Assembly: GCA_048941285.1 (NCBI GenBank)
Contig: JBHLNS010000076.1
Coordinates: forward strand, 1-10,576
Direction: 5' to 3'
DNA: 10,576 nucleotides
Source: Promethearchaeota archaeon
Lineage (GTDB): Archaea; Asgardarchaeota; Lokiarchaeia; Sigyniarchaeales; SOKP01
Part shown: positions 1 through 6,110 of the stretch, piece after piece
How the letters are laid out: each line of letters begins with the position of its first letter
Numbering within the stretch: position 1 is the stretch's first letter
Made by a program: the position numbers and the translations under genes
The notes under the pieces: model-generated
What the model saw: the letters and a program-made list of their open reading frames with translations, nothing else
Databases searched by the model: none
What the model was told of the DNA's origin: nothing

Positions 1-1141
1 TTCTTTTAAAATTTAATGGAATAGGAGCATTACATCGAGAACAGAGACCAGAAGTTCTAAGCCAATCTTTAAACTCATCCGCATGGGCAGGATATCTACA
101 ATTTGGGCATAAAATGATTCCTCTGCCATTATCTTTAGGAGACTCTGGCAGTCGAAAGCAAAAAATACATTTAAAATCTTCAATTGTCAAGTTTGCTGCT
201 CTCGGCCTATATAATTTTAAATTTATTTGCTTTTTTCTGCTTTGACTCCTCCTAATTGGTTTTCCTGTTGTACCTCTGCTTGTAGAATGAGTACTTGTTT
301 TAACTTTAGAACTTCTAGATTGTATTTGACCGCTAGGTGTTGATCTTGATGATTGAGACAAACTTCTTGAAGTACGAGTTACAGTTCTTGTTGAAGGTGT
401 TGAACCTATTCTTGTTGTAGTACGAACAGTTTGCCTTCGGCTACTAGGAGCGGATCGTGTTGTTGGTGTTGCTAGTTGATTTAACCTATTAGTTCGTTGT
501 GTTACGTAATCTCGGGTCAATTGAGGTAATTGAGTTCTTGATCCAAAAAAACCAAGCACAATCATTATTAGTATGGTGCAAATAAGAAATATTAGAAGAT
601 TAAGATCTATTAGAAAGTGGAGAGGGACTAAAACAGTATCATAAAGATCAACAAATGAATAAAAACTAACCCAATAAATTACAATAAAAAGTACAATTGA
701 AATGCACAGAAAATAACCAAAAGTACGTGCTTTTACTGATTTTGTACCAAAATATATTACACTATACTTTTTGAAACACCGATATAAAGAAATTGAACTA
801 TATAGGACGTAGGGAAATCCGAATAGAATGGTCCACCAACTTAAATATAAACTGGATCCTTCTAAAAGATTTTCGCCTAATAAACCTGTGAAATTACCCC
901 AAATTGAGTAAAAAATTCCCATAAAAACAGGACCAATTGTAAAGAATGCGGTGTTATGAGGAGAATTAAACTCACGATATTGTTTGATATTTTTTATAAC
1001 TTTAATAGAATAGATTAACCAAATCCCAATTAACAACCAACTTGCAAAAACATTAAAGGAATTTAGTATAACTCCATGTATAATACCGATCACCATAAAT
1101 ATTACCAATGTAATTGCTATGGATTTAATCTTAGCTTTCGT
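1..1141 (-). CDS. Multi-pass membrane protein (about 6 TM) with a Ser/Thr/Arg-rich linker and a C-terminal variant RING finger; putative membrane E3 ligase. 3' end is truncated by the window edge. Start is uncertain: ACG 1141, TTG 1108 or ATG 1096.
   Basis: Not in the ORF track. Manual translation gives a frame open from 1144 to the window edge. Hydrophobic segments: SIAITLVIFMVIGIIHGVIL, VFASWLLIGIWLIYSI, AFFTIGPVFMGIFYSIWG, LYLSWWTILFGFPYVLYSSISLY, FGYFLCISIVLFIVIYWVSFY, LNLLIFLICTILIMIVLGFFG. These are followed by a low-complexity S/T/R linker and then CIFC-x16-CPNC-x4-H-ADE-FKDWLRTSGL-CSRC (nt 169 to 32). The gene lies directly downstream of E1, E2 and JAMM. Confidence 0.88.
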
Positions 1142-1167
1142 TACTCATCACCCTGGTTTTTTAATCT

Positions 1168-1980
1168 TTAATCTTCATCATATTCAAGGTAAACGGCTTT
1201 TCCTTCAATAATAGGATTCATAAATTTAAGTATTTCTGGTAACATTTTTACATCTAAAGATCCTTTAATCCCATAAACCAAAGGATACCATGTTTTAGAT
1301 TTAAAATCAGCTTTATATATCTCAAATCCAGTAGATTTACCATCAATTTGATAAGGATCAATAACAAGAGCTACAGCTTTATCCCATAATTTTTGATATC
1401 TTGCTTGAGTTCCCAGATCTTCATTAGACATAAAACAACCATATGATGGATGCGAATGATACCATCCACAGATAAACAATTTGTGTCTTTTAATATCTTT
1501 AAAAGCTCTTACATAATTTTTATAATCTTTAATCTCTGCATAAACTGCTGTACCATGTCCCATTGGATAAGAATCTTCAATGTGGATTACATTATTTTCA
1601 TCTATTTTTCCCGCAAGAAGTCCTATAACCTCCACCCAACTTTCTTTTGGAATTTTAGAATTAGCATATTTAAGTGCGTGACTAGCTATTTTAAGAATTG
1701 CTTTTACTGAAATATAGATTTCCTTTTGAATTTCCTCTACTTTTTGAGTTTCAGCTATTTTATTTTCTATAATATTAGCTGTAGGTATCTTTGTAAGTTT
1801 TATAGTTGGTTTATTAGAAGATTTTAGGGTAATCATTGAAGATATTTCCTCAGTTAATTCATCTTCTTCTAACTGCAGTTCTTCACAAATTTCATCAATT
1901 AATTCTTGTTTTATTTTTTCTTTTATCTTCCGTTTAATTACATCCTTGATCGAATTACTCGCTAGGTCTTTTTCTTCCAT
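1168..1980 (-). CDS. JAMM/MPN+ metalloprotease (Rpn11/CSN5-like deconjugating enzyme) with an N-terminal charged extension
   Basis: Has EVIGLLAG (catalytic Glu), GWYHSHPSYGCFMSNEDLGTQ (intact HxH-x7-S-x2-D) and AVALVIDP. Start moved from 1995 to ATG 1980 because GGTGAT (1993-1988, overlapping the E2 stop) is positioned as its SD. Confidence 0.95.
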   Translation of the reverse strand: MEEKDLASNSIKDVIKRKIKEKIKQELIDEICEELQLEEDELTEEISSMITLKSSNKPTIKLTKIPTANIIENKIAETQKVEEIQKEIYISVKAILKIASHALKYANSKIPKESWVEVIGLLAGKIDENNVIHIEDSYPMGHGTAVYAEIKDYKNYVRAFKDIKRHKLFICGWYHSHPSYGCFMSNEDLGTQARYQKLWDKAVALVIDPYQIDGKSTGFEIYKADFKSKTWYPLVYGIKGSLDVKMLPEILKFMNPIIEGKAVYLEYDED

Positions 1981-1988
1981 TAAAAAAA

Positions 1989-2516
1989 TCACCATTTTTT
2001 ATTTGCATACTTTTTAACAAGATTTTTTACCTTTTTCTCAAAAAATTTTTGGTTTTTCATCATTTCGATTGCTGCTTTTTTATTAAAAACATCTGTTGGA
2101 TTAACATATTTACCTCGCGTGTTTAACATAGCAATTATCGCTTGAACGACGGTAACGGCGGTCTTTGATGGGCTCCACCCGCCTTTTTTCCCAACTAATG
2201 AGGGATCTACTAAAGCTAGGCAAATATTTCTTTGTCCTTTATATTCTGATGGTTTTGGCCAAAAATTTGGATGCCAAATTGGAGTATGCATTCTTACAAA
2301 AGGAGGTTGTTTTGGATATTGAGCAGGGAATCTCAATTCTAATCTAAAAAGACCACCTGCATAAGCAGTACCTTTAGGACCTTGAAACGAAATTGCCAAA
2401 TGATCAATACTCTTCCTTTTTGGATTAAATGGTTTTAATTGAACGAGACTACCTTCTTTAAGCATTTTTTTTAAACCCGCAAAATCTCGGGTAATACGAC
2501 TACTTCTTATACTCAT
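1989..2516 (-). CDS. Ubiquitin-conjugating enzyme E2 (UBC fold)
   Basis: GPKGTAYAGGLF, FPAQYPKQPP, TPIWHPN, catalytic Cys99 in NICL, WSPS and the C-terminal helix KNLVKKYA are all UBC hallmarks. Confidence 0.96.
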   Translation of the reverse strand: MSIRSSRITRDFAGLKKMLKEGSLVQLKPFNPKRKSIDHLAISFQGPKGTAYAGGLFRLELRFPAQYPKQPPFVRMHTPIWHPNFWPKPSEYKGQRNICLALVDPSLVGKKGGWSPSKTAVTVVQAIIAMLNTRGKYVNPTDVFNKKAAIEMMKNQKFFEKKVKNLVKKYANKKW

Positions 2517-2595
2517 TTTCTTGACCCTTTTTATTTTCTCTAAGTTATAATTAAAAATTTTTCTATAAATATTTGTTCTTTCAAATAATTTTAAT

Positions 2596-3855
2596 TTAAA
2601 ACTTTATTTGGTTCAAATTCTTTTTTAATTTTAAGGTTACAAAAATTTCTCCACCTAAAAACCCCGCAACTGTCATAAATTCATAATTTCTTAAACCATT
2701 TTCAATAGAATTCTTATCTAAATCAACCATCTTAACATCATTAAAATCTAGTAATGTAAGAATTGGTTCAGACTCCGGATCCAATTTAAATCCATTTTTA
2801 GCTAAAATTTTAATAATGTTTATACAAGGTGATTTGGAATTCAATTTTATAGATACTCTACGTACTTTTTTACCACATTGGGAACATTCTGGATTCCTCG
2901 ATTTTTCAATGTGATAAAATTTCATTGTAATGGAATTAAAGATTACATATGTCTTAATTGGTTCTCCTACTCCTTTAAGACCCGCCTTAAAATGAAGTAT
3001 TTTTATTACTTCATGTGATTGTAAGGCAGAAATAACAGCATTTATTGTTATTATACCTGGATCGTGTCGATCGATTATTTTCACAATATCATCTTGAGTA
3101 TATTCAGGTAAGAAATTGTGTTTGTTTACTAATTCATTTGCAACCTTTTGAATAAAATTAATATCATTTATATCTTTTGGATTTGGATCTCGATCAAATT
3201 TTTCTTTAAAGGCCATATCTCCTTTAAAAACACAATGTATTCTTTTTCGAGGAACACCGACTACAGTGCAAGCAGCCATCTCATCGCTTTCTCCTACAGG
3301 TAACGGATTGCATTCATAACAGGCATTTTTATAAGGAAATATTGTATATATATGACCATGATAACCGGATACTCCTCCATCAACAAGGGGTTTCTTAAAT
3401 CGAATGCACTGAGCATTTAAATTCAAACGAGCATTCATCGAATCTAGGCCTCCAACAATAACATCAGCAGCTAAATATATTGCTGGATTTAATCGTTCTA
3501 AAGAAGTGTGATATCCATTAATAATAATATTAGGATTAATTTCTTTTAATTTCCTTGCAGCAACAACTGCCTTAGGCTCTCCTATCTTCGCATCAGTAAA
3601 AAGAATTTGACGATTCAAGTTTGAATGTTCAATAATATCTAAATCAACAAGATCTAATTGCCCAACACCAAGCATTGCTAGATTTTTAGCTATTTCACAA
3701 CCTAAGCCTCCAACACCAACTATTAACACTCTTGAGTTCTTCACTAATTTCTGAGACCATCCCTCCAAACGAAATTGGCGATCATATAGCTCTCGCTCTT
3801 CTGTTGATAAATCTTTTGCGAAAAAATCTGAATCCTTATCCAATTTTATCACCAT
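2596..3855 (-). CDS. Ubiquitin-like activating enzyme E1 (ThiF/MoeB adenylation domain, catalytic-Cys domain, probable C-terminal UFD), UBA3/UBA2-type
   Basis: Has YDRQ, GVGGLG, DLDIIEHSNLNRQ, Zn ligands CYEC and CSQC, catalytic Cys196 in AACTVVGVPRKRIHC, and PGIITINAVISALQSHEVIK. About 90 further residues follow the second CxxC. The true start may be TTG at 3843 (GGTGAT-AAAA-TTG). Confidence 0.95.
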   Translation of the reverse strand: MVIKLDKDSDFFAKDLSTEERELYDRQFRLEGWSQKLVKNSRVLIVGVGGLGCEIAKNLAMLGVGQLDLVDLDIIEHSNLNRQILFTDAKIGEPKAVVAARKLKEINPNIIINGYHTSLERLNPAIYLAADVIVGGLDSMNARLNLNAQCIRFKKPLVDGGVSGYHGHIYTIFPYKNACYECNPLPVGESDEMAACTVVGVPRKRIHCVFKGDMAFKEKFDRDPNPKDINDINFIQKVANELVNKHNFLPEYTQDDIVKIIDRHDPGIITINAVISALQSHEVIKILHFKAGLKGVGEPIKTYVIFNSITMKFYHIEKSRNPECSQCGKKVRRVSIKLNSKSPCINIIKILAKNGFKLDPESEPILTLLDFNDVKMVDLDKNSIENGLRNYEFMTVAGFLGGEIFVTLKLKKNLNQIKF

Positions 3856-3867
3856 TAATTTTTATCT

Positions 3868-3901
3868 AAAATAATAAAAAAAATTGAAGGGCTATAAGCC
3901 C
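3868..3901 (-). terminator. Possible intrinsic terminator or attenuator between Ubl-1 and E1
   Basis: Minus strand reads GGGCT-TAT-AGCCC (5-bp GC-rich stem, 3901-3889) followed by TTCAATTTTTTTTATTATTTT. Confidence 0.45.
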
Positions 3902-3935
3902 ATATATTATATCTTATGAAGAAAGTTTAATAAGT

Positions 3936-4268
3936 TTATCCCGCTGTACTTGCAGGGATTAAAAGAATATCATCGCCGTCGTTTACACCATATTCTCTTA
4001 AAGAACTATTTTCATCCATCGTAACTCCACCAGATGATAAATGAAAGTCATTGGGATCAAGGCCGTATAAATTTCCTAATGTTTCCTTAATATCACTTAC
4101 ACGATTACTATCATTTACTGTAAGTTTCTCCTTCTTTTCACCTGGACCAATTGTTGACATGAAGTATAAAGTTAATTTCTTTCCACCTGAAGGGGTTTTA
4201 GAGGCGGGAGTTTTAGATTTTACCGGTTCTCTTCCACCTAATTCTTCATCAAATTCATCAAAACTCAT
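3936..4268 (-). CDS. Ubiquitin-like (beta-grasp) modifier Ubl-1 with an N-terminal extension, ending in single-Gly -PASTAG
   Basis: Ubiquitin-fold pattern: LTV..S..VSDIKE.L....GLDP.DF.L..GG..MDE...L.EYGV.DGD.I.L. First gene of the E1/E2/JAMM/RING operon. SD-like GAAGTGAT lies 4 nt before the ATG. Confidence 0.92.
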   Translation of the reverse strand: MSFDEFDEELGGREPVKSKTPASKTPSGGKKLTLYFMSTIGPGEKKEKLTVNDSNRVSDIKETLGNLYGLDPNDFHLSSGGVTMDENSSLREYGVNDGDDILLIPASTAG

Positions 4269-4541
4269 TCATATCACTTCTAATTTTTTTTATTTTATGA
4301 TTTTTAGTTAATTTAAATTTAATAAAATGGCATTAAAAAGGTATTATAAAACCCTTTGGAATGATTTTGAAGTATTTAAAGATAAAGCCAAAAAACAGAA
4401 GTGAGATAATTTGGATTTTAAAGAAATTATATTATATATTGTATGAATGCCTAATTATATTTATAAGACATTGAATATTGTTTTAGAGAGAATATGTAAA
4501 TATAAAAATGGAAAATTTTAACTCAAATTAATTATAGGCTT
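4269..4541. promoter_or_regulatory. Divergent promoter region between the Ubl operon and the wHTH gene
   Basis: 273-bp AT-rich gap between divergent genes. TATA-like elements on the minus strand: TTTATAAT (4350-4343) and TTTAAATA (4380-4373). The functional element cannot be pinned down from sequence. Confidence 0.5.
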
Positions 4542-5213
4542 ATGAGTTCTCTGGATAATGCAGAATCTGTTGTTCTTGAATTAGTAGAGGAGTATTTGGC
4601 AAAAAAGACTTTCTTCTCAATTAGAGAAATTGTCTCATATATAAGTAATAGAGTTAGATACAATCCTAATATAAATGAAAATAGAATAGAATTAGTCTTA
4701 AAGAATTTAATCAAAAGACGTGTTATTTTTCCCGGAACACGATTAATGAAGAATAATATTATTGAACACCCAATAAGAAATGAGATCTTTAACTATATTA
4801 AAAAGAATCCCTCTAATATTAATGAAATCATGAGAGCTTTAAATATTGGTAGCAATCAAGCATTATGGCATTTGTCATGTCTGGAGAAATTTAAATTCAT
4901 AAGATCAAAACAAATTAACAATCATAAATTATTTTTCAAATTTGATTCTAATCCAAAACTCGATTCATTATTTTATTATCTGAACAAAAAAATTGTTCAA
5001 GAAATTATAAACTTTATAAAAAACAAAAATAAAGCATTTAAAATTACAGAGATAGCAACTGGTTTAAGAAAAAATCATAGTACTATTAAAAAATATTTAG
5101 ATATTCTAATAGATCTAGAATTAATAATAATTCAGAAAGAAAATAATAGAATTACATTCAAAATAGATTTGGATAAATATTCTAAAGCTCAAAAATCAAT
5201 AGAAGGTGTGTAA
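4542..5213 (+). CDS. Tandem winged helix-turn-helix protein, putative transcriptional regulator (archaeal COG3398-like)
   Basis: Two ArsR/MarR-like wHTH units, RNEIFNYIKKNP..INEIMRALNIGSNQALWHLSCLEK and QEIINFI...FKITEIATGLRKNHSTIKKYLDILIDLELI, plus a probable degenerate N-terminal wHTH. Confidence 0.8.
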   Translation: MSSLDNAESVVLELVEEYLAKKTFFSIREIVSYISNRVRYNPNINENRIELVLKNLIKRRVIFPGTRLMKNNIIEHPIRNEIFNYIKKNPSNINEIMRALNIGSNQALWHLSCLEKFKFIRSKQINNHKLFFKFDSNPKLDSLFYYLNKKIVQEIINFIKNKNKAFKITEIATGLRKNHSTIKKYLDILIDLELIIIQKENNRITFKIDLDKYSKAQKSIEGV

Positions 5214-5298
5214 AAATAAAAACTCCAAATTTATTCCAATCCCATTTAAATTTTAAATCGTATATCTTAAAATTAGAAAATGATCTAATCAAAAAATT

Positions 5299-6093
5299 AT
5301 GAAAAAGAATAATAAAATTTTAACCGTTATTGCTCTTTACACTGTTTGTATCTTGTTTTATGTAATTTTTTTCCTATTTCATATACAAAATACTACGATT
5401 TTCCTTTTTTTAACAATTGGTAGTGTCGCGGTATTATCAACTAGTACTATTTACACAGTTATACAGTCTAAAAGTAGTCCAGGTATGACTATAAAAGAAA
5501 AAAAGTCTTTTATAAAACCAAAATCGATTCAAATTGATACTAACGATATAATTGAAGATTATATTGATGTTATGCCTTCAATAGAATCTTATATCGATTC
5601 AGATGAGTCTTATAAAGATATGCCAATAATTGACAAATATATCTTTTCAATTTTTAGTAAGGAAGAATTAGATAAGATAAATCTTTTAGATTTACCAAAA
5701 ATGGATAAGATAATATTTATCAGAGAAATGCTATATTACGATCCAAATGAAAGAAAGAATTTAATCGAAAATATGTTGAAAAGTAGGGATAAAGCCGTTG
5801 AAATAATAAAATATTCACCACCTAGCAATCAAATTGAATTGGAAGACCAGATTCGAGTTTATGTTAGATCATTACTAGAACCCGGTGAAAAAACTAAAAT
5901 AATTATTATTGATACGAGTGATCTAATTGGAATAACAAAGGAAAAAATTGGAGTATTATTTGATTATGATCTAGAAGATTTTCTTTTATCTAGTGGTGGG
6001 ATATTGCTAAAAGACAATTTACTAATAAAAGATTATGATATCGATGATGATGATGAGATCGCTCTAATCCCTTCTAGAAAAAGCATAAATTAA
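5299..6093 (+). CDS. Membrane-anchored protein (2 N-terminal TM helices) with a C-terminal ubiquitin-like domain paralogous to Ubl-1 and Ubl-2, lacking a terminal Gly
   Basis: TM segments ILTVIALYTVCILFYVIFFLF and TIFLFLTIGSVAVLSTSTIYTVI. The C-terminal domain (5845-6093) shares S..[GE]PGEK, KE....LF, DF.LSSGG, Y...D.D.I.LIP with the free Ubls and ends IPSRKSIN. Confidence 0.88.
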   Translation: MKKNNKILTVIALYTVCILFYVIFFLFHIQNTTIFLFLTIGSVAVLSTSTIYTVIQSKSSPGMTIKEKKSFIKPKSIQIDTNDIIEDYIDVMPSIESYIDSDESYKDMPIIDKYIFSIFSKEELDKINLLDLPKMDKIIFIREMLYYDPNERKNLIENMLKSRDKAVEIIKYSPPSNQIELEDQIRVYVRSLLEPGEKTKIIIIDTSDLIGITKEKIGVLFDYDLEDFLLSSGGILLKDNLLIKDYDIDDDDEIALIPSRKSIN

Positions 6094-6110
6094 ATAAAGA
6101 ACCTAAATTT

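Noticed and set aside
1450-1710. 86-aa plus-strand ORF
   Set aside because: Antisense shadow inside the JAMM gene, with no recognisable motif.
2165-2347. 60-aa plus-strand ORF
   Set aside because: Antisense to the E2 catalytic core.
2596-4268. MoeB/ThiF plus MoaD/ThiS sulfur-carrier interpretation
   Set aside because: E2, RING and a UBA3-like catalytic-Cys domain are present, and there are no cofactor-biosynthesis or rhodanese genes.
4051-4311. 86-aa plus-strand ORF similar to the ORF at 6328-6555
   Set aside because: The two resemble each other only because they are antisense to the paralogous Ubl genes.
4532-4714. 60-aa hydrophobic minus-strand ORF
   Set aside because: Antisense to the wHTH gene; the hydrophobicity is an artefact of the A-rich sense strand.
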